From: a virus | DNA length: 64,000 bases | Direction: 5' to 3' (one strand) | IMG/VR virus record: IMGVR_UViG_3300048065_001264 | Span: 13,815-77,814 of that record | Part shown: positions 36,901 through 49,300 of the stretch, one piece after another | Layout: each line of letters opens with the position of its first letter | Position numbering within the stretch: the stretch's first letter is position 1 | Translations under genes and position numbers: made by a program | The notes under the pieces: model-generated | What the model was told of the DNA's origin: nothing | The model's database searches: none | Seen by the model: only the letters and a program-made list of their open reading frames with translations

Positions 36901-39900
36901 TCCTGTATAAAATCTATTGAATTGATACCACCTCCGATTGCAAGTTCTTCACTTTTATATTTAAATATACCCTCTGTATTTATGTCATGTGTATGCTGAA
37001 AATAACTTAAACAATCATTTTTCTCATTAAGTCTTTTAAATATACTTACAATTTGCAGTTGTGACGATGGACTTGATGTGTATAAAAAAGAACTTTTTAG
37101 TTTTACATTTTCACCAAGTCTGTCTGAGTTTGGTATTTTAATAATCTCTTGTAATTCCCAGGTGTCATCTCCAACTGAGTAAGTTGGTGAATAATTTCCA
37201 TCTTCATCTTCGTCGTATCTGTGGAGTGGATATCCCTCAATATTATCCTCCATAGCAACAACATCTCCATCAAATGTATTAATTTCATGTGCGTCTTCTG
37301 CACACCAGTCTGTATCTTTTTGAGGTCTTTCTTTTTCAACCGAGGATAACTGACAAACATTGTCTGTAATATATCCAGAATAACAAATGTCGTGACGATC
37401 TTTAAAAAATATTTTATCGGAAGTCGGTTTGCCTAAAAATAATACATGACCTACCAAGATTTTTTGTTCATCGTAAATGTCAACGACCTTGGCTCCGTCA
37501 CCATATGAAGTATCAACCATAGGAAGTGATATATAACCCTCGTATGACCAAGATGATACGATTATTCCAGACTCTTGATCATTTACCAAGTTCCACGCAG
37601 ATATGTAAAAAGTATTTGGATTTTCGTCACTACAACTATCGGTTGGTACTTTATATTCAATTTTATTTTTTATGTTAATAATTTGCAGTTCACACATATT
37701 ATTTACAATAGTTCCAACATATCGTTCACCGTACTTATTAGTAAAATATATTGAATTAGACATTGGCAATCCAGTAAATGTAATATGCCCAAGTAATTTA
37801 CTATCTAAGATAATATCAACAGAGTGTGGTGTACTTGTAATTTTTTTATTTACATAAGGTAAAGACAATATACCATCTACACCCCAAACTGAAGAAGTGA
37901 TGCCAACCTCGGTGTCAATTATTGATATTTCATTTGATATTTGATAATCATTAAATTTATCGGAAATTAGTTTTCCCTCAAGTTTTATTTGTTTGTATAA
38001 ATGACACTCGTTGTCATCAATAATACCTTCATAGCAAATTCCGTCTAAGGCCTTGAAGTATATTTTTTCATCATAGAATACTCCCGATATTGTAATATGT
38101 CCTATTATTTGTTCGTTAATGTATACATCAATTGAATATGGAGTTTTTGATCCATTTAAATTTACAGATGGTATCGATAATATGCCTTCGTATTTCCAAT
38201 ATGACGAAACCACACCTTCATCCGAGTCTTTTATTTTATTCTTATTCCCAATTTTATACCTTTTATATGAAAATGAATCTACGCAATCTTCTTCCTCATA
38301 TCCAGAAAGAACTATTTCTGACTTAAATCTACACACATTATTTTCAATTTCCCCTACATAACAAGAATAGTATGATCCAGATGGTTTGTAATATATTCTA
38401 TTAATTTTAGGTTTTCCATTAAATGTCAAATGACCTAAGTGTGTATCAGACGCATCATAAACATCAATAGGGTATGGTAATGATGATTCGTTTGTGTCAG
38501 AAGGTGGAACTGAGATAACTCCACTTTGAATCCAATATGAGGAATAAATTCCTCTGTGTTGGTCTTGCACCGAGACAGTTCTGCTCACAATATAACTTGT
38601 AAAACCAGGTTCGGTACATGACCAATTCTCAGATGACTCACTTTTAAAGAAAAAATTTAAAGAGTCTTCTTCGGGAATCATACTAGAAATCTTATATCTC
38701 GAACTCCATCTATTGTTTTTCTTTAATTTGTCTCCCTTGGGAAGTCCAGTAAATCTTTTTGTTTTTTCGTCATATTCGTAGTGGTCATACACATCCGATG
38801 CTCTTTTGTAGAAGTGAGATGTAGTCCTTTTTTCTTTTTTAAAAATGTAGATAGCACCCTCACCCTTATTATGTCCAGGTGCACCTACTGCCAAATAATC
38901 TCCATGTAGTGAAACTGATGTACCAAATTCAGTTTGTGGTTCACCTTCAATTATATTTAAAAGACCCCAGTTTTCATTTCCTCCTTTATTTTTTCCATAT
39001 ACGAATATATGGCCAGTAGTACCCGTTTCACTACAAACTCCCCTTATGTGTGATCGTGATGACCCAACAACGCAAAAGTCATTATTTAAGTCAATGGCAT
39101 CACCGAAATTGTCATTAATAGAGTAATCTCCACTAACTAACAAGCCACCGAGTTCATTTTTAATAAATCCAGTATTATCTAAATGTACTTCAGATGAAAA
39201 TCCATTTTGCGTAAATGGGTTAAAAAATTCTCTTATCAGATCATAGGAATCGTTGTCTTTATTAAGTTTAAATAAAGAAGCTTTACCTGTATTTATTTCA
39301 GTAGGAGCATCATGATCTACAGGTTGACCTGTTAAGAAGTAATCATTATTTGAAACAATGTGCTCTCCAAATGTTAAATTATTAAAATCAAAAACATTAT
39401 TTGACTTAGATACATCTATCATGGACGGGTTACTAGTTTCTTTTATATCATTAAAAGAAACCGAATCAATCATTAGGTTTGTGGCACCGTCGTCTATTAT
39501 TTCTATTGCACCATAAGGTGAACTATAATCAGATATTTTGAAATTATTTGGTTTAATTTTTTCACCAAATTGCCTAGAATCAAATTGAACAACAATTACA
39601 CTATCACCGATGATTCTTCTTTCAAATTTTACAGAATCATCGGTTGATAAAAAGTTTAAAGAATTATTGTTATCGTCCTCTAAAAAGTTTCCTGTTTCAG
39701 TACCAAAAACCATCATTGGATTTTTTGTGACTGAATTTTTTAATACAGACATTCCATAGTCGTTGTAAAATAAATGTTTTACAGAATTAAATACAATTCG
39801 CTGATAAGTTCCATCTGTATTTATTAATTCAGTAGTTGAGTCATGCATTCGGTGATTGGTTGGATAAAAAGTTTCATTTTCTTTATATTTCTTACCCTTA

Positions 39901-40100
39901 CTTATTTTTACTAAATTACTTTGATCGTATTGCTCGGTTGATAATTTTACTGATTCATCTACAAATAAATCTATATTTTTTCCACCTGAAGTTTGTTCTA
40001 GTAAAATATTACTTAGATTAGTAATATTATTATAGTTCCAATTTTTATGCGTAACGAATCGTCTGACTGACTTATCAGATACTTTCAAAGGTTTTATCAT
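33957..40100 (-). CDS. large baseplate/receptor-binding protein: FG-GAP beta-propeller repeats, ~90-aa repeats, LysM and dockerin/EF-hand-like motifs
   Basis: FG.SVSL.G.YLAVGAP repeats; YEV....TLESISK......SIL..N......LYVGQVLKIP; DIDGDGEVTMRDA; C-terminal YVTTIGLY...AKLSRP. Confidence 0.8.
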   Translation of the reverse strand: MIKPLKVSDKSVRRFVTHKNWNYNNITNLSNILLEQTSGGKNIDLFVDESVKLSTEQYDQSNLVKISKGKKYKENETFYPTNHRMHDSTTELINTDGTYQRIVFNSVKHLFYNDYGMSVLKNSVTKNPMMVFGTETGNFLEDDNNNSLNFLSTDDSVKFERRIIGDSVIVVQFDSRQFGEKIKPNNFKISDYSSPYGAIEIIDDGATNLMIDSVSFNDIKETSNPSMIDVSKSNNVFDFNNLTFGEHIVSNNDYFLTGQPVDHDAPTEINTGKASLFKLNKDNDSYDLIREFFNPFTQNGFSSEVHLDNTGFIKNELGGLLVSGDYSINDNFGDAIDLNNDFCVVGSSRSHIRGVCSETGTTGHIFVYGKNKGGNENWGLLNIIEGEPQTEFGTSVSLHGDYLAVGAPGHNKGEGAIYIFKKEKRTTSHFYKRASDVYDHYEYDEKTKRFTGLPKGDKLKKNNRWSSRYKISSMIPEEDSLNFFFKSESSENWSCTEPGFTSYIVSRTVSVQDQHRGIYSSYWIQSGVISVPPSDTNESSLPYPIDVYDASDTHLGHLTFNGKPKINRIYYKPSGSYYSCYVGEIENNVCRFKSEIVLSGYEEEDCVDSFSYKRYKIGNKNKIKDSDEGVVSSYWKYEGILSIPSVNLNGSKTPYSIDVYINEQIIGHITISGVFYDEKIYFKALDGICYEGIIDDNECHLYKQIKLEGKLISDKFNDYQISNEISIIDTEVGITSSVWGVDGILSLPYVNKKITSTPHSVDIILDSKLLGHITFTGLPMSNSIYFTNKYGERYVGTIVNNMCELQIINIKNKIEYKVPTDSCSDENPNTFYISAWNLVNDQESGIIVSSWSYEGYISLPMVDTSYGDGAKVVDIYDEQKILVGHVLFLGKPTSDKIFFKDRHDICYSGYITDNVCQLSSVEKERPQKDTDWCAEDAHEINTFDGDVVAMEDNIEGYPLHRYDEDEDGNYSPTYSVGDDTWELQEIIKIPNSDRLGENVKLKSSFLYTSSPSSQLQIVSIFKRLNEKNDCLSYFQHTHDINTEGIFKYKSEELAIGGGINSIDFIQEQTGVFIKVKIDDNFSNSRYGFSYRIDKPLNEKIEEDEYVISGGVYVDSDEVFIELKNGEFEIYIGRTTNDDQLVGVQSRLSIVQNPILHNEVVRDANSKYKFKYNKTSNNFGISFDANENYLVIGDSIDREYFDEYNSQKIYSNGSVYVFKQKDDDFLFFKKTYTDELTENKYSSEYGISVSLKDNNFAVGEPLLEQSEIYVLDDGETFASENYRYGANSQSDDYYSQLKYIITDGSFDLLGGNNADAIFKVSRKNIDVNENLKGEFTISHPYIDETKIKIDYTKIPLYYLHYSIKSETRIDDHESGIMSSTFSKDFEIYLPPSSTSNTSVPFSFDVFDNDRNFICHITYTGTPTDDVVYFKKVENNKIYKGEVQNEICFMQDEVISMGDVTRGIYRDKTIITDDEIIFYVDLLPNSIFSQKENYIDNIGLVYYELRDAHEGKVHYYNIEEDDIKKLKEIKVNKQKNNIRHQFGRSVSLSASNLYVGSPVTGDFNLNEIESFEGVEFGLFGQCSHIYENYGNIIWGRQSRYQNRNIFGKVITYDVSTYTEGKYIYVGNIFYKNGVAVITNESEYFKKMFTGSSNSGYSFNFKGTHTIYENEILCTVKPNEFNVSTNPTSVVYGEIDYDVNSDLKFDITDLAYIYRYIEGTFRDENLQLDYDEYTVRKESLETICKQYDIPYPSEIDIFDSKTENVGSYKDIVPVEKSFGFLEIRKYNSGTIGNKMRYNDQITAGDSVFLPNKIIYEVNSVQTLESISKMTGASVDSILSKNNIKDNSVLYVGQVLKIPNGGEVKNTLKLQEEQNTNWPNDDILLTESEDALIVDLVKSVLDDRVTTTDMIEIKEKIKTLHDNGLLDIDGDGEVTMRDAMLLVRYFIGRTGINLTKGLVDGFTVNATRTKPFDIINFLDTRTGKNRGVKILDEFVNYKENDAKDQTGSYLAPYVTTIGLYSGLELVMTAKLSRPVKIVPNYPINFLVKYDT

Positions 40101-40104
40101 GTAT

Positions 40105-40112
40105 ATAAATAT
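40105..40112 (-). promoter_or_regulatory. putative phage late promoter ATATTTAT upstream of the 2047-aa gene
   Basis: 4 nt upstream of ATG 40100. Confidence 0.6.
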
Positions 40113-40130
40113 ATTTTCTAAAAATATTTA

Positions 40131-41651
40131 TTAAAAATCTAACTTAACCTTTATAAGAGTTTCTGTATCAAATGTTTTTAGTATTGGGACACTTAGCTTT
40201 GCAACAGCAACAAGTTCATTATTTTCATTATATAAGCCTACAGTCGTAATGTATGTTCTTGGATCATTTACAAAATCATTAAATCTAACTCTACCCAACC
40301 AATAATTTTTATCAGAATTTGTTTCAATTGATTTTCGTGTTGCTTCCTGATTTTGGTAAACAAATGTAGGATTATTGCTATAATTAAAATCAGTATTTCT
40401 AACTCTTATAAAATAATGCTTAGATGGAATAAACTCACTGCTTCTTGATTTAAAATTTGCACCGAGTTGTAAAGCCGTAAACAATTTTAAAAAGTTTTGA
40501 TGATTTTTCTCAATACCATTTACTAAATCTGCACTTTGATTACTAAGTGGATCAACTACACCACACCATGATAACATCATGCCTACATTGTTTACTGCTC
40601 TTTCATACTTATCGTCTTCGAGACTATCAATCTGATCTTGTATGTTTCCACCAATTTCATTTGCAATTGCATCTGGATTGATCACCACAATACCCAAATC
40701 AGGATAAAATAAACCAAATCCTTCTCCAAGTCCCACATTATTTGCATTTTGACTTATTGCGTATTTTTGATTATCGGTTAGTTCGGTGTCAGATATACTT
40801 CCTTTTACTAAATTAAAAACTCTACCTATTTTAGTCACACCTGTTTGCATTTGTGTTTGGGATTGGAATCTGCTATCATCTCTAAGTGTTAGTGACCATT
40901 CAACCGTTTCATCATTAGTTAAAGGAGTACCATCTACAACTTTTGATTTAATTGTCTGTGATAGTTTTAATGTAAACTCAAGATTTCCTTCATCAATTCT
41001 TTCTTTCAAAGCATTTGATGAAAAGTTTATAATATACACATGATCTTTGTCAACTCCTGATAGATTTCCACTTTTTGGAAATGTAAATTTTTCGTCTCCG
41101 GGTCCTAATAAAATGTTTTTGTATTGATTATACACGGCCTTAGTGACATCAACCGACCTAACCCCCCCTCCTGATATTCTTGATCCAAAACCAAGACGAT
41201 GACCATATGTAATAGACATCTCAGGTCGGGCATTTTCATTTAATACACCCCCAACATATACTGGATTATTATAGATATTTGCATAATAATCTCCGTAAGA
41301 TACACTTGTCCACAATTCTTCATGGTAATTATTTGTTGCAGTCAAGTTTAGTGTACCCTCACTCTGAGATTCGTTCCAGTAGTCTTCGTAACTAGAAAGA
41401 TCAGAATTTCTTGATACTACCAAACCTCTTTGTTCAAGTTCTGATGTAGATAATTCGGTTATATCCTGTGATGATGATGAGGCATCCTCTACATTTACGA
41501 TGTGCTTAGATAAAGGTGTATCAAGTTCTCCACCAACTGAGTCATCTATGTACATTACATCTAAATAGAACCCATCAGAAAAACTTCCACTTGACAATCT
41601 TTGCGTTCTTCCAAATACTTTATCGGTATCTTCTATTTCTCTATAAATCAT
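40131..41651 (-). CDS. baseplate/tail structural protein
   Basis: FN.SNNPT and C-terminal YITTVGLYNENNELVAVAKLS.P, paralogous to the C-terminus of the 2047-aa protein. Confidence 0.75.
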   Translation of the reverse strand: MIYREIEDTDKVFGRTQRLSSGSFSDGFYLDVMYIDDSVGGELDTPLSKHIVNVEDASSSSQDITELSTSELEQRGLVVSRNSDLSSYEDYWNESQSEGTLNLTATNNYHEELWTSVSYGDYYANIYNNPVYVGGVLNENARPEMSITYGHRLGFGSRISGGGVRSVDVTKAVYNQYKNILLGPGDEKFTFPKSGNLSGVDKDHVYIINFSSNALKERIDEGNLEFTLKLSQTIKSKVVDGTPLTNDETVEWSLTLRDDSRFQSQTQMQTGVTKIGRVFNLVKGSISDTELTDNQKYAISQNANNVGLGEGFGLFYPDLGIVVINPDAIANEIGGNIQDQIDSLEDDKYERAVNNVGMMLSWCGVVDPLSNQSADLVNGIEKNHQNFLKLFTALQLGANFKSRSSEFIPSKHYFIRVRNTDFNYSNNPTFVYQNQEATRKSIETNSDKNYWLGRVRFNDFVNDPRTYITTVGLYNENNELVAVAKLSVPILKTFDTETLIKVKLDF

Positions 41652-41656
41652 AAATA

Positions 41657-42325
41657 CTATCCGTTGTTAATAAGAGATGTCACATTAGATTCAGGTTCTT
41701 CTCCTAAATAAACTCTAACAGGAATTGTTCTTGACCCACCACTTTCATTTCCAATAACTGTTAATTGTGCGACTTCATCTTTTGTAATCGATGGATTCGG
41801 ACGAAAGGTGAATGTCAAACCAACTGCGGTTATTGCTCTTTCACTTGAGGTATCACCTAAAAATAATGATGCAGAAGAAGCTGCACTTGCTGATACACCT
41901 TCACCCTCAAGTGTTCCAACTGAATTATTTGATAGTACCGCAGTATAACCTAATGTGGTATTATACACTGGTTCTGTTTTTGGTGATATTGTTACAATTC
42001 CTTGGTAATTTTTACTTAAAACTATATCTTGTTGCCCCAACTCAATTGTTGGTATTTTTTGCGTACCGGTTGGTAAAGTAACTAATTTATATTTTAAAGA
42101 CTGAGTTTCGTCAGTCAGTGGTTCAAATACCGGCATACTTCGTAGAGCCGCATCATAGTATTGGGACCCATCTGGATGATTTGGATCATACAAAGTATAA
42201 TCTATTTCGTCATCAGCAAGTGCAAAACTTGTAATATTTAATCCGTTTTCAGAAGCAAGTAATTCTCTACCTCTTCTTGTTAAAACCGCATGAACTGTAA
42301 TTGTTTCGTTGTTTAAGTATCCCAT
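41657..42325 (-). CDS. baseplate/tail-fibre attachment-like structural protein
   Basis: MGYL...AVLTRRGRELLA...ITSFALADDEIDY..Y. Confidence 0.7.
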   Translation of the reverse strand: MGYLNNETITVHAVLTRRGRELLASENGLNITSFALADDEIDYTLYDPNHPDGSQYYDAALRSMPVFEPLTDETQSLKYKLVTLPTGTQKIPTIELGQQDIVLSKNYQGIVTISPKTEPVYNTTLGYTAVLSNNSVGTLEGEGVSASAASSASLFLGDTSSERAITAVGLTFTFRPNPSITKDEVAQLTVIGNESGGSRTIPVRVYLGEEPESNVTSLINNG

Positions 42326-42408
42326 AACATTTTATATATATATTAAATAAAGTAGATTTACTATGAATAAATATTTATATATTTTATTTTTTGTATTACT
42401 ATTCGTAA

Positions 42409-43365
42409 TCATTCCGAAGTTATTTCACCAGGTAATGTTCTAAAATTTCCAGTTGCGAGTTTTTTCATGCCATCGTTTGGACCACCAATTATTGAATATT
42501 TTTGTGAATCTTGTATTTCTGTATCCTGTTCACTTATAATTTTATTTATATGCTCACCTTCTTCCATTGCAACTCTAATTGTGTTATTAACATAAGATGT
42601 ATGTGCTTTAACAAAATCATCACTCTGTTTATATTTTACTTTAAGTCCATCGTTTGAAATAATATAATTCTTATTTAATCTTTTTATATATTCTGAATCT
42701 TCGGCTACTTTTATTTCAAATTCTGATTGAGATTCTTTGTATAGAAACAAGACATCATCGTGTGCATTCTCTTTTAACTTTACATTACCAAAGTCTAGTG
42801 TATCCGAAAAGCATTTAACATTATCTATTAACCCACAAAACCTTCCTATTTCTATATTACTAAAAGATTCTTTTTTGCGGATAAATCCTGTGTCATGTGT
42901 TGCCTCGTATGTTCCATTAACGAACAACCTAGATATTCCTGACCTATAAATAACTAAAACAATATGTGTCCACTTTTCCTTCTCAAGTGTAATACCAAAA
43001 TCATAATCAGTTTCTTCTGTTGCCATTCCCCATACATAACCAACACCATTTTCATTTCCGTTTGGATTAACAATAAGTCCAAATTTTTGATCAGACTCAT
43101 TTGTGTGTGTTACAATATCAGCCGAAGGCAAAGAAGTACCGAGCAATTTTATCCAACATGATATAGTCAAAGAATTTGTTTCAAAATCATTACCCTCTAC
43201 TTTTATATAATTATTATTATTATTTTCATTTTCAACTACATCGTTTGGCAGTCTTACAATGTTCTTATAGTTTCTTTCCTGACCACCCGATTCAATTGTT
43301 CCGTTGTACAATATTGCATCTCTTTTATTTTGAGATTCATCTTTAATTTTGTATTTGTTATCCAT
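42409..43365 (-). CDS. LamG/concanavalin-A-like domain protein
   Basis: LTISCWIK, WTHIVLV, LFVNG, IGRFCGLIDNVK. Confidence 0.8.
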   Translation of the reverse strand: MDNKYKIKDESQNKRDAILYNGTIESGGQERNYKNIVRLPNDVVENENNNNNYIKVEGNDFETNSLTISCWIKLLGTSLPSADIVTHTNESDQKFGLIVNPNGNENGVGYVWGMATEETDYDFGITLEKEKWTHIVLVIYRSGISRLFVNGTYEATHDTGFIRKKESFSNIEIGRFCGLIDNVKCFSDTLDFGNVKLKENAHDDVLFLYKESQSEFEIKVAEDSEYIKRLNKNYIISNDGLKVKYKQSDDFVKAHTSYVNNTIRVAMEEGEHINKIISEQDTEIQDSQKYSIIGGPNDGMKKLATGNFRTLPGEITSE

Positions 43366-43376
43366 TGTATAAATAT

Positions 43377-46300
43377 TTAAGAAGGAGACGGACTTGGAGT
43401 ATTAAGATCATCGTTGTGGTGAGAAGTTGGTGTTGGTGTTGAATTATCACCTAATGTAGATGTAGGTGTTGGGTTTATCTCTAGTGAAGGTGTCGGAGTT
43501 GTGTTACCAGTTGATGAAGGTGTTGTGGTTGGTGTTGGGGAGGGTGTTGGTGTTGGGGTAATTGTTTCAAACGATTCAAATGTATATGAGAATTCTAGTG
43601 TTTTTAATTTATCAGCTGATATAGGTATTACTTTTGCGTCTTCGGCCTTATTATTATCCGAGAAAATAATTGCAGGTACATCTTCAATTGACCAAAAACT
43701 ATCGTAAGAATCACTTTGACCCCGTGTAGTGTGAGTTCTTATTATCGGCGAGGTATAGTTTACATATCCACTGTTATCAATTGTAGTAAACATTGTATTT
43801 TTTCCAGTACCCTTTATATTTCTTCTAAATCTACTTTTATTGTAGTAATTTACTCCGTTTTCTATAATATTATTATGTTTTCCAATTTTTATTAAATCAC
43901 ATATTGAATAAGGTCGTAAAGTTTCATATGTAAATGTACTTGGTGTATTATATTCAATTTCTAAATGATCAAGTGTAATATCCTTTGCACTATCGTAAAA
44001 GTCTATGAAATTGTAATTAAAGTATTTTGAAAATCTTTTTTTATGAACGTTTACAAACTCAACAACATTCTTTTGTTTTGCACTTACTTCCAACCTAAGT
44101 GTATAATTTATACTATCAATTCCTATATCGTTTTCAAAGTCATCAATTAAATAGGTAAATCTTGTATTTGTTTTTTGCTCACTATTTATGGGAATTCTGA
44201 TATCTTCGTTTGTAAGTTTACACTCTTCGTTACAATCTGGAAAATGTAAAGGTTCTAATTTTAGATTATCGTCACCCAATCCAGGAGCACTAAGTTGAAT
44301 TTTTACTCCTGCTACTTCAACACCGTCTTCATAACAAGATTTTCCATTGTATGTTAAATTTATTCTTCCGTGTATATGTTCATTAAATGCTTTATATAAA
44401 TTTACATCGTGGGTAATGGATAATGGTAAATATGAATAATAGTTATTTGTCTGTTCAGACGAAATCGGAGTTATATTAAATTCATAAGAATTATTAATTG
44501 TCGATTTAATTATATCCTGTTCTACACCAGTAATTTTAGAAACATTAGGAACGAAATTAATATTTTGTGTTGAGGAATTACTTAATTCGTAATTACACTC
44601 AATTTCATCATAATCAATATTTTCTGTTTTTAGATCATTTAGTTCAAAAATTTCGTTTTCAATCTCAGATTTAGTTCCTATATTATTAAACTCACCTAGT
44701 CTTAGTTTATAATTAATCGTTAGATAGTCGGAATTATCTAAATTTACATAGTTTGTTAAAGCATCAACTGCCCTAGAACTAGAACTTAGTAACTGACTCT
44801 CATTCGCACCGGAAAATTCTTCATTTTCTGCTAAATTGTTTTTAAATCTGTAAAAAATTCCTAGAAATGAATCATAACTTGTAAGTTCATTGTTTCTATA
44901 TCTTCTAATATTTTCAAATGTGTAATCCGACATTGTATCATGCTTGTCAGATAATATCCAACCCTCGGATTCACCACTTTTTATATATTTAAAAACCCAA
45001 TTATTGGAGTTTGAAAATATCATAAAGTCATCATTATTATCTAGTGTACCAGAAGAAGTGTATGCACCATTTGCAGATTGAATACTGCAATTTTTGACCA
45101 ATAAACTTGAAGAACTTATTATCTCTACAACGGCAACCTCACTCCAATCGTTACGCAGTCTATACTCACCAGGAAATGGTATATACAATTGCCTAATAAA
45201 CTTTTTTGATTTACCCAAAACTGATTTGTTAAGTGATCGGGCAGAAACAAATGTTTTAAGTGGACTTTTAGATTGACTTGTTTTTAGATCATCAATAGTC
45301 AACTCATAAGAATCATTTTCCTTTTTTTCCGAAACTAAATATATTTCAATTGTTTTGTTTTGTGATTTATTTGATATTTCAACTATAAACTTATTTGGAT
45401 CATCTATCTTTACAAATAGTTTATATTCTCTAAATGAAACTTGTCTATAATCACCAACGAATCTACTATTTATATCACTATTTGAATTTATTGATAAAAC
45501 AAGTTCGGTCCCAATTCCGTTCGTATAAGTTCCTTTATCAAGTATATTACAATAGGAAATTTGTCCATTTTTGTTTACACTATTATTAATTATATTGTAA
45601 TAACACTTTGGGTATAGTGATAGGTCATAACAATCATCAGATACATCTGAATCATAGAAATGTCCCCATCTTATATATTTTATCTCTTTGTTATTAGTAT
45701 CAAAAATATTATTTTGTGTAAGAAATATATTTGGATAATTATGTTCGTTTTCATCTAGTTCAGCATAAAATACATTTCCAACACCTTCTTTTGTAAATAT
45801 GTAATCTAAGTTTTGGTTATACTCATCACAATTAATTTTTTTATTTTCAGGATCTTCTAATGCACTCTTTTTTGCATACCCTAATTTAATTTGTATTGTC
45901 TCTACTTCTAAACTTGGTGATTTTGTGAAAAAATAAATATTTGGACTCGTTTTAAATTCAATTTTCCAAATTTTATTTTGAGTTTTGTTGTCCAGTGTTT
46001 CGTATATCTTATACCCGGTTTTTTCATTGTAAAAATAAATTTCTACATCACCATCTGCACTTGATTCATATTTTGTATAAATACCAAATGGTGATGGAAT
46101 ACTTGATATAAATTTTTTGTTATCAACTACCTCGGACACAGATAACTGATTGGTGTCATCCTGTGATATATTTATCTTCACCAAAATGTCTGCATTTGTA
46201 TTTAGTTCATACATTTTACCAGGTGGCATTTTTGGTCGTTTTCTAGATACTTTCACTACCCATGCCAATCTATCTATGTCCATAGCAGATATATCTGTTT

Positions 46301-49300
46301 CAAACCTATCAAAATGATTTTTATTAGGAATTATCACAAATTTATTACCAATTGCTTTTTGATTTTCTTGAGAAAACAAATCAACAAATACAGAATCGTT
46401 TAAATTACTTTTAAAATGTGAAACAGATGCTTTGTAAGTTAATTTACTTTTTGATTCTAAGTTTGGAATATAAGCATATCCACTCTGTCTGATTTGTGAA
46501 GATAAACTTGCACTTTTTTCATAATATTCTCCACCAACTTTAAACATAAAATTTGTATTTTGATTAGTTGTAAATGAATTATTTTCGTTTAAAGAAAAAT
46601 CAAAAGAATTTGACATATTTATTATCCAATTGGTCGGACTATTTTCGTCTTCGTAATACTCTGTAAGGTTAAGTTTTGTATATTTTTCATTTAAATTTTT
46701 ATTTAGAACAGAAATTAGATTATTTTGTTGCACAAGCATCCACGAAAAAAGTTTTTCATTATAGAATAAATGCCAACCACGTCCATTGTAGTAAGCGGGT
46801 TTTTTTCCTGATGTAAGTCGGTTCTCTTGATATAAACCATTTGCATATATTAATTCACCAGAAAAACCAAATAATTTAATTTTATTTGTATCTCTAAAAA
46901 TATATGTGTTTCCGAAATCTGTTGTATCAAAATCATTTTGGGATTTAGAATAAATTTTTAGATACTCGTCCTCATCGTATTGTACCAACTGTGAGGTATC
47001 GAGTGATGTGAGACTTTCTTGAACGTAAGCAAAGTCTCCTCCAATTTCAGTATTAAAAAATCTTACTTCACCATCTTCATTTCCATAAATCCAAAAAATA
47101 TCATGGTAGTTTTTTTCGTTATTTTTTACATAGACCGATTCTTCTTTATCGAAAATTATTCTATAATTGTTTGAATGTAATAGAATCCATCTCTGGTTTA
47201 TGTGACTCCAAAATATGTAATTTATTTTCCTACCAGTCCACAAAACATCAGTTGGTTGTTTAAATGATTTTATGTCAGAAAAAGTATTTATTCTTAATTG
47301 TTTGTTTTCGTCATATTCATTTACATACAACGGTTTACCATTGAATTGCCCAAGTGTCACATAGTCCCCATTACAACGATCTAAATTTCCGTCAAACCCA
47401 GATACTGTTATGGAGTCATATTCATTTTTAGGAATTACAGAAAAATAATTAGAAAAATTATTTGTTTGATTATATGTCAAGTCTTTGTTGAAAGTCAGAA
47501 TATCTATTTGATATTCCATCATATCGTTCTCAGTCTTTATTTCAATTAAATCATTGATTGTATCATTTGTAAAAATTATTCTCTCCGTTTTATCTAGGTC
47601 ATATGAGATTATACCAGAGTCATACATCGTTCTGTTGCTACCAACTATTGACTTGATTGTCAACTTATCAGTAGGTAAAAGACCCCCAAAACCACGAATC
47701 GGATTTACGGACCACTCTACTCTCTCGTCATCTCTTGTATAATAGTTTCTATTTGTTTTATCAAGAGGTGAACTTGATATTCTACATTGTTGAGAGTTTT
47801 TTGAGTAATCTTCACTTAACCCCTCTAATCTAAATGTCTCTTTATTATCTAAATATGCAATCATTATTAATGTCTGAATACCATCTAGTGTGCTTATTAT
47901 AAGACATTTTTTTCTGTTGTTATTATTTTTAAGTTTTTCTATCAATAGATCATTATACACTATTTCTTCATAGTTTTTTTCATAAATTCCGTTTATAATA
48001 TCATTATAGGTTAACGAATCAGTTGATTGAAAATTAGAAAATTTGTATATAGAATCTTGATCATCAATAGAGTCAACATCTCCATAATACTGATAAATTT
48101 TATTCTCTTTAAAATTTAATCCCGACTCTAAAAGGTCTACCTCGTAATTATTGTTTAAATTTCTTTTAACCTGAAAACTTATGGAATTATTCTTGGACTC
48201 GTTTGCATTGTAAACATAAGCCGAATAATAATCTAAGTTTGATTGAGTTGAACTACATAATATATCAAGTTCAAAGATTTTATTTGAAACTATATCCACA
48301 TCAATAGAAATTTTGTAATTTAGTAAAGTTGGGTAATTAAATCTATCGATTGTTTTGTGGTGTAAGGAATATGAATACATTCCTGATATATCGTATTGAC
48401 CTTTATATGCAAGTTGTGAGGAATTTATCACACGGAACGAGTCATACGGTATTGTGTCTGTTCCGTATTTTACACTATCAAATGACTTCTTTTTGATTTC
48501 AGTTGGTATTTTTACTAAATTATATGAAGAAAATTCTTTTGAAACAAGTTCTTTAGTATTATTAGATAATGAAGTAAAGTTAGTATCATTATCAGATACA
48601 ATCTCGTTTATATCCAATATTGTTTTATTATCTTCATCGAAAGGATTCCTCCAAGGATTTTTACAGTCATAAAACTTTTCACCATTTAGTGATCCTATTA
48701 TTCTAAATTCATAGTCAGATGAACCAACTGTTCCGTTCTTTAAAACACCTGTAAACTTTCCATCCAAAAACAAATGTCTTTGTTTTTTTATTTTAGGAAA
48801 AACATAATCTTCCACTTCATAAAAACCCGAAGAGGGTTGTACTATTATATTGCCTTCAATTTCGGTATATTCTTTAAACTTACCAGAAAAACTTCCGTAT
48901 ATCTCACAATTTACCTTACCCACAACCCTACCTTCGTCATTTGGTGCACCGTAAGTATCTATAAACAACATTCTATCGTTACCAATAATTGTTTTTGGTA
49001 ATTGTCCAGAAGAGACTATTGAATCACTACCACGGGATCCTGCAAACTCATCGGGAAAATATGCAGTTTTTTGATTTTTATTTCCAGAGAATTCGCATGG
49101 GTATTTGGAATCACGACAATTAAAATTATTAGAGCATACCCAAAATAAATTATCAGTAGGAGTGAGTAGTCCAAGTTCTTCTTTATATAATAAAGGATTT
49201 TTATTTATTAACACCCACTTATTCTTTATATTACTAAAATATATAAACCAGGTAAAAGATTTATTTGTAAATGCTTGGTAAGAATTAACACTTCCGTATA

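Noticed and set aside
35755-38600. Diversity-generating retroelement target or template repeats
   Set aside because: Repeats are diverged at the protein level with no adenine-specific near-identical DNA pair, and there is no reverse transcriptase in the window
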